Shown piece after piece: positions 50,027 to 58,445 of a stretch of 64,000 nucleotides of DNA. Origin of the DNA: an uncultured Acidobacteriota bacterium (GTDB lineage Bacteria; Acidobacteriota; Thermoanaerobaculia; Multivoradales; JAHEKO01). Within the stretch, counting starts at the first letter, position 1; each line of letters begins with the position of its first letter. Position numbers and translations under genes: made by a program. The notes under the pieces are model-generated. The model ran no database searches, had not been told where the DNA came from, and worked only from the letters and a program-made list of their open reading frames with translations. The DNA lies in the NCBI GenBank assembly GCA_963713825.1, contig CAVQNG010000025.1, positions 416,001 through 480,000 of the forward strand, given 5' to 3'.

Positions 50027-50773
50027 TCATAGAGAGAGGCGACTGACGATCTCCGACCAGAGGGCTTCGTAGGCCCGGGTAGGCTCCGCTGATGGGGCGA
50101 AGGAGGGCAGAGGTGCACGACGCAATCCCATCTGCTCGACCAGGCTGGAGTACGGAATGGCTGTTTCGAGCATGTCCGGATGATGCTCGGTGGGTGAGGC
50201 GCAGATGCGTTTGTGGAGGGACTTGCGCCGGTCCACCATGCACAGGAACGGATAGAGTCGTGGCCGCGTGGCGCCCCTGTCGCGCAGATGCTGATCGAGT
50301 TGATCGAGCGTCCGCAATGAGAGCGTTGTCGGAATCGTTGGAGACAAGAGAACGTCTGCCGCGACGAAGATGCTCTCGGAGACCAGGGAGATGCTCGGAG
50401 CGCAATCGAGGAAGAGGTAGTCGTACTGCAACGAGAGGGGAAGCAGCAGGCTTGCCATCTGCCTGGTCGGCTTCTTGCTCTGCACCAGGTCCAGGTCCAT
50501 GTTGCGATAGGTGAAGTCGGCCGGCAAGATGTCGAGGCCCTCGAAATCCGTGCCCCGAATCGTCGCATCGAGGGGCCGCTTGCCTTTCAGGAGCTTCTTC
50601 GCACCGCCTTTTACTTTGGCTCGGACCCTGAAGTAGAAGGTGGCTGCAGCCTGGGGATCCAGGTCCCAAATCAACGTGCGGGCGCCGCCCCTGGCCGCCA
50701 GGTATGCCAGGTTGACCGCCGTCGCCGTCTTCCCGACCCCACCTTTGATGTTGTACGTGGCGAAGACCCTCAC
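50027..50773 (-). CDS. Orphan ParA/Soj-family ATPase
   Basis: Deviant Walker A KGGVGKT, DLDPQ, LDCAP; GTGA overlap with the CHAD gene stop; no parB adjacent. Confidence 0.92.
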   Translation of the reverse strand: MRVFATYNIKGGVGKTATAVNLAYLAARGGARTLIWDLDPQAAATFYFRVRAKVKGGAKKLLKGKRPLDATIRGTDFEGLDILPADFTYRNMDLDLVQSKKPTRQMASLLLPLSLQYDYLFLDCAPSISLVSESIFVAADVLLSPTIPTTLSLRTLDQLDQHLRDRGATRPRLYPFLCMVDRRKSLHKRICASPTEHHPDMLETAIPYSSLVEQMGLRRAPLPSFAPSAEPTRAYEALWSEIVSRLSL

Positions 50774-52347
50774 GCGGCCACCGTCTTCGTTGGCTTGAAG
50801 AGCGCCCGGAAACGGACCCGGTTCTTCTTGGAGGCGAACTTCGCGAACTCCTGCTGGAAGCGCTGTCGCTCCACCGCCTGCCGTGTCTCCAACCTGTCGA
50901 CCAGACGGCCCAATGCCATCAGGGTCTCCTCCGTGGCCAGGCCTTCCTGGAACATGTCGTGGGCAAAGCGCTGCAAACTGTCCTGTTGGACCTCCAGGTC
51001 GTTGAAGTCTCCCAGGTTGTCCTGCAGGCGCTTGAGCGCTTTGATGAGGGCCCCGATTTCGCGCTCGTCATAGAGGCTGCGGAAGAACTCGAGCAGATAA
51101 CGCAGCTTCTTGCAGTCGATTCGCAACCTGTGGAGCAGCTCTGGTGGGGCGTCGCTGCCGTTGACGCGACCCTGTTTGAGGACTTTGCGATAGGTCTTCC
51201 AGATGCGGGACGAGGCCGCACGCAAGATCGGCTCCTGCGCCAGGGGAGGAGCATCGGTCTCTGGAAGAGTCTCGTCCAGGAACGACTCCCAGTCTTGAAT
51301 CAATCGGGTGAACCGTTCTGAGTCCAGTTGCTCCACCAGCCTCGTATGCTCGAGGCGCTGGTGCCGGTTGAGGTACTCGTGCAGGGGTTCCAGGTGAGGT
51401 CCCAGGTGTTCGGGCAGGCTGTCGCGATACTCGGGCATCTTCAGGAGATAGACGTCGAGGTCACGATTGGTGCCGGTCGCCTGTCCGAGCCATGCGAACT
51501 CGCGCCTGAAGTGCTCGACGATGGGTGGCGGATAGACGTCCTTGATCTGAGTCAGGGCGGCTCGGGTACGACGAACGCCGACGCGGAAATCGTGCAAGAA
51601 CTCGGTGTCGAGGTCCTGTCGGAGGCCCGCCTCGTTGTTCTGGATCGCACTCAGCAGCGTCTTGTGAATCCGTTTCGAGGCTTCATCGCTGCGCATCTCG
51701 GGGGAGAGTCGGACCTCGAATCTCGAGGGGCCGGCGGTCGGATCCTCTCCCAGCAGATCCAGGGCCGTCATGAGCTGATCCGTCGGCGCCAGGGGAAGTT
51801 GTTGCTCGCGCTCCAGGTAAGCCAGGAGAGCCTTGAACTCCTTGGCGTACCCTCGTACCGGCTCTGCCGTCAGGACAGCGGGAAGCTCCAACGGCAGAGC
51901 TGTCGATTCCGGGCTGTTGACCGAGCCTTGGCTGAAATGAAGTCGCGCCACGGTCTTCTGGTTGCCGTCGAGGACGTGTAGCGTTTCTCCTCGGCTCGCA
52001 ATTTCCAAACGTGGCAACAAGCGCCGCATCTCCACCACAGATTCGAGCTCTGTCCTGAAGGGGCCTGGAGGGAGATCCCAAGCAAAACTGGGGCTGCTGT
52101 CGAGGCGGAGCCGAAAACGGGCTGGACCGTCCAAGGCGCTCCAGCGCAAGATCGTGGCTCGTGCATCCTTGGTGGAGAGGAGGCTTCCCCCATCTTTGAA
52201 GAGGCGCCAGTCAAAAGTGTCCAAGTAGGTGCCGCGAGTGTCTCGGTGAGTCTCGAGCCTTCCAGGGAACTGCTCTGCCGACGATTGGAGAACCGCCCGA
52301 CCTTGGCTCGGAGACTCGACTTGAAAGCTGATCGGGATCGGGTTCAT
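50770..52347 (-). CDS. CHAD-domain protein with N-terminal CYTH-like region
   Basis: YLDTFDWRL; D.EFLHDFRV.VRR.R, RDLDV, LHRLRI.CKKLRYLLEFF, LK.LQD.LG.FND. Confidence 0.9.
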   Translation of the reverse strand: MNPIPISFQVESPSQGRAVLQSSAEQFPGRLETHRDTRGTYLDTFDWRLFKDGGSLLSTKDARATILRWSALDGPARFRLRLDSSPSFAWDLPPGPFRTELESVVEMRRLLPRLEIASRGETLHVLDGNQKTVARLHFSQGSVNSPESTALPLELPAVLTAEPVRGYAKEFKALLAYLEREQQLPLAPTDQLMTALDLLGEDPTAGPSRFEVRLSPEMRSDEASKRIHKTLLSAIQNNEAGLRQDLDTEFLHDFRVGVRRTRAALTQIKDVYPPPIVEHFRREFAWLGQATGTNRDLDVYLLKMPEYRDSLPEHLGPHLEPLHEYLNRHQRLEHTRLVEQLDSERFTRLIQDWESFLDETLPETDAPPLAQEPILRAASSRIWKTYRKVLKQGRVNGSDAPPELLHRLRIDCKKLRYLLEFFRSLYDEREIGALIKALKRLQDNLGDFNDLEVQQDSLQRFAHDMFQEGLATEETLMALGRLVDRLETRQAVERQRFQQEFAKFASKKNRVRFRALFKPTKTVAA

Positions 52348-52363
52348 GACTCGGTACCGAAGG

Positions 52364-52741
52364 TCACTTGTGCTTCTTGCCTTTCCTCTTCTTCTTGCCT
52401 TTCCTCTTCTTCTTGTTCGTTCCCTTGCTTTTTCTCTGGTCCTTCTTCTTCTTGCCGTCAGACTTCTTATTACTCTTCTTGCCGCCCTTTTTCTTTTTCG
52501 CCTTCTTGTCCTTCTTTTTCGACTTGCTGGTCGATTCAGTGACCTCGGGCGAAGGCTGCCGCGATCGAAGGATGGCTTGGCCGATCGCCGCCGCTCTCGC
52601 CGTACCGAAACCAGGGAGGGAGGCCAGCTCTTGGGGTGAGAGTGCGGCCAACGCTTCCACGGTCTCGATACCGTTGCCGGCCAGAACCTGGGCGGTGTGC
52701 GGACCGATTCCGGGTATGTCGGTGACTTTGGCTTGACCCAT
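52364..52741 (-). CDS. Helix-hairpin-helix protein with poly-lysine C-terminal tail
   Basis: IPGIGP and LPGFG HhH motifs; about 31 Lys in the last 53 residues; GGAGG SD. Confidence 0.85.
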   Translation of the reverse strand: MGQAKVTDIPGIGPHTAQVLAGNGIETVEALAALSPQELASLPGFGTARAAAIGQAILRSRQPSPEVTESTSKSKKKDKKAKKKKGGKKSNKKSDGKKKKDQRKSKGTNKKKRKGKKKRKGKKHK

Positions 52742-52892
52742 AGCTCTTCCTCCAGTCCCTCCCCTGTTCGACAGAGGAGTTTACAACGGCAGATTCAAAG
52801 GGGGCGAAGAATGCCCTCGTTGCCTCTAGCCTAGTAGCCCAAGGTTCCGGCTGCAGCGAGATTTCTCTCACGGCCGAGGCGCGAGCCTCAGT

Positions 52893-53678
52893 CTAGCCGT
52901 ACCGGCCTTCGATGTAGTCGGCTGTCTCCTGATGCGCCGGCGTCACGAAGAGCTCTTCCGTGGGCGTGTGCTCGATCACCTTGCCCAACAGCATGAAAAT
53001 GCACTCCTCGCTTGCTCGACGAGCCTGGGCCATGTTGTGCGTGACGATGAGGATGGTGTATTCGCCACGCAGCTCCCAGATGAGCTCTTCCACTGCCTCC
53101 GTCCCCGTCGGGTCGAGAGCCGAGCAGGGCTCGTCCATCAGCAGTACGGCTGGTTTGACGGGCAGGAGTCTTGCGATGCAGAGCTTCTGCTGCTCTTCGA
53201 GAGAAAGCTCGATGGCGGGTCGATCCAACCGGTCCTTGACCGTTTCCCAGAGCAGGACCTCCCGGAGCGCCTTCTCGACGATCTCGTCCCGTTCACTAGT
53301 CGAGATCTTCTGGCTTCCCTTGGCGAGACGGTAGCCGAAGATCACGTTCTGCCGGATCGATAGGGGCAGAGGGTTCGGCCTCTGGAACACCATGCCGATG
53401 TGTTGGCGGACCTGACCGAGATCTACCTCGGGTCCGTAGATGTCGTGGCCGAGGACCAGGATGCTGCCCGTCGTCCTCACATACCCCAGGCGTTCGTTGA
53501 TTCGGTTGACGCTGCGCAAGAAAGTCGTCTTGCCACAGCCCGAGGGTCCGATCATCGAAGTGATGATGCCTTGCTTGATCTCGAGATCGATGTCGTACAG
53601 CGCCTGGAAGGTGCCGTACCAGAGGTTCAGCTTCTCGGTCTCGATGGCGAGTGCCTCTGTGGGCGGCCCGTTATCCAA
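52893..53678 (-). CDS. pstB: Phosphate ABC transporter ATPase PstB, copy with degenerate signature
   Basis: GPSGCGKTT, GMVFQRPNP, LSLEEQQKL, MDEPCSALDP, VTHNMAQA, YIEGRYG; TTG start inferred from GGAGGG. Confidence 0.9.
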   Translation of the reverse strand: MDNGPPTEALAIETEKLNLWYGTFQALYDIDLEIKQGIITSMIGPSGCGKTTFLRSVNRINERLGYVRTTGSILVLGHDIYGPEVDLGQVRQHIGMVFQRPNPLPLSIRQNVIFGYRLAKGSQKISTSERDEIVEKALREVLLWETVKDRLDRPAIELSLEEQQKLCIARLLPVKPAVLLMDEPCSALDPTGTEAVEELIWELRGEYTILIVTHNMAQARRASEECIFMLLGKVIEHTPTEELFVTPAHQETADYIEGRYG

Positions 53679-54459
53679 AACGGCCCTCCACATAGGCCTG
53701 AGTGCGTTCGTCGCTCGCCTTGCGGGTGAATAGATCTTCGGTGTCGGCCACTTCGACCAGCTCACCCATGAGAAAGAACGCCGTTCGATCAGCCAACCGG
53801 CGCGCCTGCTGCACCAGGTTGGTGACCAGGACGATGGTTACCTCCTCTTTGAGGACCTTGAGGACGTCTTCGATGCGCATGGTCGTAACCGGGTCGATGG
53901 CGATGGAGAACTCATCCAGCAGCAGCAGGTCCGGATCCTGGGACAGCGCTCGAGCGATGGTCAAGCGCTGCTGTTGGCCGCCCGAAAGCAGGCTGCCGAG
54001 GGAGTTGAGCCGGTCCTTGACCTCGTCCCAGAGAGCCGCTCGCTGGAGGCACCGCTCGACGATCTCGTCGAGCACGGCTTTCTTCTTGACTCCGCTCAGG
54101 CGTGGCGCCAGGGAGACGTTGTCGTAGATGGTCATCGGGAGGCCGACGGGAAGAGGGAAAACGACACCGATGTGACGGCGCAAGGCGTAGACATTGCGCC
54201 ACTTGTCGACGTCACGGCCATCGAAGCGTATGGTCCCATCGACTCTCATTCCGGGCGTGAAGAGATCCATCCGATTCAGGGCTCGCAAGAAGGAGGTCTT
54301 GCCGCTGTTGGCCGGTCCGATGATGCCGAAGATCTCGTTCTCTCGGATATCCAGGCTCACGTCCTCAAGGGCGATCTTCTGCCCGTAGCGGATGGTCAGA
54401 TTCCTGACTTCCACTTTGGGCCTAGCGTCACCCGGCTGGGAGGCGGTCTGTCCTACCAC
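53671..54459 (-). CDS. pstB: Phosphate ABC transporter ATPase PstB, copy lacking Q-loop Gln and H-loop His
   Basis: GPANSGKTS, GVVFPLP, LSGGQQQRL, LDEFSIAIDP, VTNLVQQA, YVEGRFG. Confidence 0.9.
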   Translation of the reverse strand: MVGQTASQPGDARPKVEVRNLTIRYGQKIALEDVSLDIRENEIFGIIGPANSGKTSFLRALNRMDLFTPGMRVDGTIRFDGRDVDKWRNVYALRRHIGVVFPLPVGLPMTIYDNVSLAPRLSGVKKKAVLDEIVERCLQRAALWDEVKDRLNSLGSLLSGGQQQRLTIARALSQDPDLLLLDEFSIAIDPVTTMRIEDVLKVLKEEVTIVLVTNLVQQARRLADRTAFFLMGELVEVADTEDLFTRKASDERTQAYVEGRFG

Positions 54460-55322
54460 TTCTTCTTACCTCGGAGATACATGCGAAAGCCGATCGACAC
54501 GGCGTTCATGGCGAGGACCATGCCGATGAGCACGAGGGCGACACCGAAAGGCATCGCCTCCGGGACGCCCGGAACCTGCGTCGAGATCACGAACAGGTGA
54601 AGCGACATGGCCATGGTCTGATCGAACACGCTCTGCGGCAGGAATGGAAGGAAGAACGCCGCACCGGTGAACATGATGGGCGCTGTCTCGCCTGCGGTCC
54701 TCGAGACTTCGAGGATGACGCCGGTGAGGATACCGCTGATCGAATTGGGCAGCACGACGTGGCGAATGGTCTGCCATCGGCTGGCGCCCATGTTCCAGCA
54801 GGCTTCCCGGAAGGCATGCGGTACCGCCTGTAGCGATTCACGCGTCGCCACGATGACGACGGGCAGGGTCATGATGGCCAGGGTCAGGCTGGCGGCGAGG
54901 ATGCTCGTGCCGAAACGGAAGAACAGGACGAAGGCACCAACCCCGAAGAGCGCGTGAACAATGGAGGGAACCCCCGCCAGGTTGATGATCGCCAGGTTGA
55001 TCATCCGGGTCAGCCAGTTGTCCGGAGCGTACTCGCTGAGATAGAGGGCCGCGGCGACCCCGACGGGAACCGACGCCAGCAGTGCTACCGCAACCAGCCA
55101 GATGGTTCCCACGAGAGCTGGAAAGATCCCTCCCGCCGTCATCCCGTCCTTGGGCTCGGTGAAGAGAAAGTCGACGGAGATGATGGGTCCACCTTTGTAG
55201 ACCAGCACGCCAAGGATCACCAGGACCGGCAGGATGAGCAAGACCGTCATCAGGAGGAACAGCAGGCCCCACAGGCGCTCCACCTTGTGATTGCGGATGT
55301 TGAGCTCGGTGGCCTCGAACAC
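54453..55322 (-). CDS. pstA: Phosphate ABC transporter permease PstA
   Basis: GGIFPALVGT, YLSEYA, NLAGVPSIV, SRTAGETAP. Confidence 0.95.
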   Translation of the reverse strand: MFEATELNIRNHKVERLWGLLFLLMTVLLILPVLVILGVLVYKGGPIISVDFLFTEPKDGMTAGGIFPALVGTIWLVAVALLASVPVGVAAALYLSEYAPDNWLTRMINLAIINLAGVPSIVHALFGVGAFVLFFRFGTSILAASLTLAIMTLPVVIVATRESLQAVPHAFREACWNMGASRWQTIRHVVLPNSISGILTGVILEVSRTAGETAPIMFTGAAFFLPFLPQSVFDQTMAMSLHLFVISTQVPGVPEAMPFGVALVLIGMVLAMNAVSIGFRMYLRGKKKW

Positions 55323-55333
55323 GACGTCAAGCC

Positions 55334-56248
55334 CTATTTCTTGCGGATCCCGCGGACAACCAGATCGGCTGTCAGATTGATGATGAAGGTGATGAGAAAC
55401 AGGAAGATTCCCAGCGTGAAGAGGGCTCGGTAGTGGTCCGATCCCACGGCCGTCTCACCGAGCTCGGCTGCGATGGTGGCGGTCAGCGCCCTGACCGAGT
55501 CGAAGATACTGGTGGGTAGATTGATCGAGTGGCCGCTGGCCATCAGGACTGCCATCGTTTCGCCGAAGCCCCTACCCACGCCCAGCAGCACCGCGGCGAC
55601 GAGACCATTCTTGGCGGCTGGAATCACTACCCTGAGGATGACCTGCCAGCGTGTCGCACCCATGGCCTCTGCGGCTTCCCGATAGGTGTCGGGTACGGCC
55701 TTGAGCGAGTCCTCGGCAATCGTGGTCATGATCGGGGCAGCCATCAGTCCGAGAATGAACCCGGCATTGAGCACGTTCAAGCCCACCGGCACGTTGAAGA
55801 GCTTGATGATCAGGGGATTCATGATGCTCAGTCCGATGAAACCCCAGACCACGGACGGGATGGCGGCCAGCAGCTCCACCAGCACCTTGAGGACTTCTCT
55901 GGTCTTGCCGGTGGCGAACTCTCCGATGTAGATCGCCGCGCCAAGAGAAAAGGGTACCGCCACCAACATCGCCAGTCCGGTAACGCTGGCTGTGCCCGCA
56001 ATCAGCGCTAGCGCACCGTAGGTCGGATTGTGCTCAGAGGTGGGTCGCCAGCGTGGCGAAGTGAAGAATTCGGCAATATCGAATCGGCCGAGGAGAAAGG
56101 GAAGGCCCTCCTTCGTGATAAAGACGAAGATGCCGATGATGAAGATGATGGCCGACACTCCGCCGACGAAGACAAGAACCTGCACTGCCTTGTCGATGTA
56201 CCAAGCAAGGTCACGACGGTCGAGGTCGGCACCAGGAGGATGGCTCAG
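55334..56248 (-). CDS. pstC: Phosphate ABC transporter permease PstC, probable CTG start
   Basis: ELLAAIPSVV.G, GR.FGETMAV.M..G; CTG at 56248 overlaps the phoU stop (CTGA), with GGAGGG 6 nt upstream. Confidence 0.93.
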   Translation of the reverse strand: MSHPPGADLDRRDLAWYIDKAVQVLVFVGGVSAIIFIIGIFVFITKEGLPFLLGRFDIAEFFTSPRWRPTSEHNPTYGALALIAGTASVTGLAMLVAVPFSLGAAIYIGEFATGKTREVLKVLVELLAAIPSVVWGFIGLSIMNPLIIKLFNVPVGLNVLNAGFILGLMAAPIMTTIAEDSLKAVPDTYREAAEAMGATRWQVILRVVIPAAKNGLVAAVLLGVGRGFGETMAVLMASGHSINLPTSIFDSVRALTATIAAELGETAVGSDHYRALFTLGIFLFLITFIINLTADLVVRGIRKK

Positions 56249-57336
56249 GTCGCGCCCTCCCCGCGAAGCGTCTCCATGAGCTCACGAATCGAGTGCTTGA
56301 GATTCTGGAATGCCTCTTCCATCAGCGCCGCGGATCGTTCGGCGTCGAGATCGCTGGGAATGGGATCGATATCCCACTCGAGAAGTACTGTGCGAAACGG
56401 GGTCTCTTCAATTCGGGAGCCGGAGCCTTTGCCTACAGCGACGATGACGTGAAAATCGGCCAACTGGTCCACGGTGTGGTCCAGTCTCTTCGGAGAGAGT
56501 GAGTCTCCATCCAGGCCCCGGGCGTCCATGAACACCTCGGTGGCGGGCAGCAGACGATCTGCCGGGGCCCAGCCGGCGCTCTGATAGACACCGCCGTCGG
56601 GAAAAGCCTTGCGAGCGAATGCTTCTGCCAGCTGGCTCAAGGCATCATTACGTTCGTCGAAGAAGAGGATCCGGTATACCTTCTCACTCTTGGTCTCGCC
56701 GGCAACAGCGAAGAGGGTGTCCTCACAGATGTTCTTGGACTGATCGGCCACTCGGCCGATGCGGTTGAAGATCACCAGCGTAGCGAAGAGATCCCGGATG
56801 GGTCTGGCGCCCGCTTCACCTTCCTGGAGCAGATCTCGGAAGACCTTCTGGTAGGTGCTCTCGATCTGGCTCGCCATTCCCTTGGTGCCTCTGGCAAGCT
56901 CTGGGTTCTGCGTGTTGAACGACTCCATGGCCTGGCGAAACATGCGCTGAGCCTGGTCGGCGATCAACTGGACGTCGCTGGCAACCGAGCCACTGGGGAC
57001 CGTTGACAACTGAATCGCTTCCCGGGCTATGGCTACCGCGTAGTCTCCGATTCTCTCGAGCTCGACGTCCAAACGCAGCACTGAAGAGACGAACCGTAGG
57101 TGCCCCGCACTCGGCAGGTGGCGGGCTATGAAGCCATAGCAGAGCTTGTCGATCGTCCGAATTTCTCGATTGATGGGCTTGTCGCCCATGACAACCTGAT
57201 TCGCCAGAGCTCGATCGAGCTTCAGGGCCGATCGCACGGCTCTCTCGAGGGCCGTTTCGACCTGTTCGCCAACCTCTTCGATGCGCTCGCGAATCGCAGC
57301 GAGGTCCTCTTCCAGACGTTTCTCGTAGTGGGTCAT
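56245..57336 (-). CDS. phoU: PhoU fused to a degenerate LMW-PTP/ArsC-like domain
   Basis: D..IN, LERIGDYA, R.ADQSKNICE; then RILFFDERNDALSQLAEAFA...SAG..PA...PK.L...W.ID. Confidence 0.85.
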   Translation of the reverse strand: MTHYEKRLEEDLAAIRERIEEVGEQVETALERAVRSALKLDRALANQVVMGDKPINREIRTIDKLCYGFIARHLPSAGHLRFVSSVLRLDVELERIGDYAVAIAREAIQLSTVPSGSVASDVQLIADQAQRMFRQAMESFNTQNPELARGTKGMASQIESTYQKVFRDLLQEGEAGARPIRDLFATLVIFNRIGRVADQSKNICEDTLFAVAGETKSEKVYRILFFDERNDALSQLAEAFARKAFPDGGVYQSAGWAPADRLLPATEVFMDARGLDGDSLSPKRLDHTVDQLADFHVIVAVGKGSGSRIEETPFRTVLLEWDIDPIPSDLDAERSAALMEEAFQNLKHSIRELMETLRGEGAT

Positions 57337-57366
57337 GGCCTTGCGACCCCTTTCTTCTCAGCGACC

Positions 57367-58251
57367 TCAGCCGCAGGTGACAGTCCGAACTGGAGCGTAT
57401 CCCTTTTCCTGAATGATGCACTGGCCCTCGTCACTCAGGATCCAGTCGAGGTATTCCTTGATGGCTCCCTCGGGTTGCCCCGAGGTGTACATGAAGAGCG
57501 GGCGGGCGATGGGATACGTGCGATCGATGGCGGTCGCGACAGAGGGTGCGATGCAATCACTGCCCTCCTCCGCAGCGACACAGGGCATCTTCACCTCGTG
57601 GGTCGCATAGGCCAGGCCACTGTAGCCGATTGCGCAAGGTGTGTTCAGGACCAGATCTACGACGTCCTTGGACCCGTGCATGTCTCGAGAGCCCATCTTG
57701 TAGTCGCGCCCCCTGCCGAGCACGGCTTCCTTGAAGTACACGTAAGTCCCGGAGTTGTTCTGACGACTGACGCGGACGATCTCGTTGCTGTCGCATCCGG
57801 GAATCTCGACCCCGATCTGATCCCAGGACTCGACGGGTCCTTCCTCACCGTAGATGTCGGCCAGCTGGGCCAGCGTGAAGCTCTCGACCGGATTGTCGGT
57901 GTGCAGGAAGACGGCCAGGGCGTCATAGCCAACCGTCCACTCCACTGGCTCGATACCGTTGGCCCGAGCCATCTCGAACTCCTTGTCCTTCATCTTCCGG
58001 CTGGCATTGGCAATGTCCACCGTGCCGTTGATCATGGACGAGATCCCGGTTCCGGAACCGCCGCCCGTCACCGCGACCGCCACGTTCGGGTTGACCTCCT
58101 TGTACTCCTCGGCCCAGGCCTGGGCCACGTTGACGAGGGTGTCGGAGCCCTTGTTCTGGATCACGCCTCGTCCGCCTCTGCTTCCATCCTGGCTCCTGGG
58201 GCCGCATGCGGCCAGTGCTAGCAAGACGACCAAAGTCCAGTACTTGTTCAT
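57367..58251 (-). CDS. pstS: Phosphate-binding lipoprotein PstS
   Basis: Lipobox LAAC, KGSDT, GGGSGTG, NASR, SRQNNSGTY, YPIARPL; AAGGAG SD. Confidence 0.93.
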   Translation of the reverse strand: MNKYWTLVVLLALAACGPRSQDGSRGGRGVIQNKGSDTLVNVAQAWAEEYKEVNPNVAVAVTGGGSGTGISSMINGTVDIANASRKMKDKEFEMARANGIEPVEWTVGYDALAVFLHTDNPVESFTLAQLADIYGEEGPVESWDQIGVEIPGCDSNEIVRVSRQNNSGTYVYFKEAVLGRGRDYKMGSRDMHGSKDVVDLVLNTPCAIGYSGLAYATHEVKMPCVAAEEGSDCIAPSVATAIDRTYPIARPLFMYTSGQPEGAIKEYLDWILSDEGQCIIQEKGYAPVRTVTCG

Positions 58252-58378
58252 GATCAGCTCTCCTTGATTGTGTCTCGATATGGGTGTGGAACTCTCGATG
58301 GGTTTGAATCGGTTCGAGACACCGGCCGCAGTTCTGGTCTCGACCGAAGCCGGGTCCATCGGAACTCTAGACGAAGCC

Positions 58379-58397
58379 TGTGACATTCGTGTGACAG
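58379..58397 (-). promoter_or_regulatory. PHO box (PhoB-type 11-bp direct repeat)
   Basis: Minus strand CTGTCACACGA-ATGTCACA: TGTCACA repeated at an 11-bp period, about 130 bp upstream of pstS. Confidence 0.8.
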
Positions 58398-58445
58398 GTT
58401 TCCATATCGAAATTCAGCTTCGCCTTCACCTCCAGTCAGAGTTGG

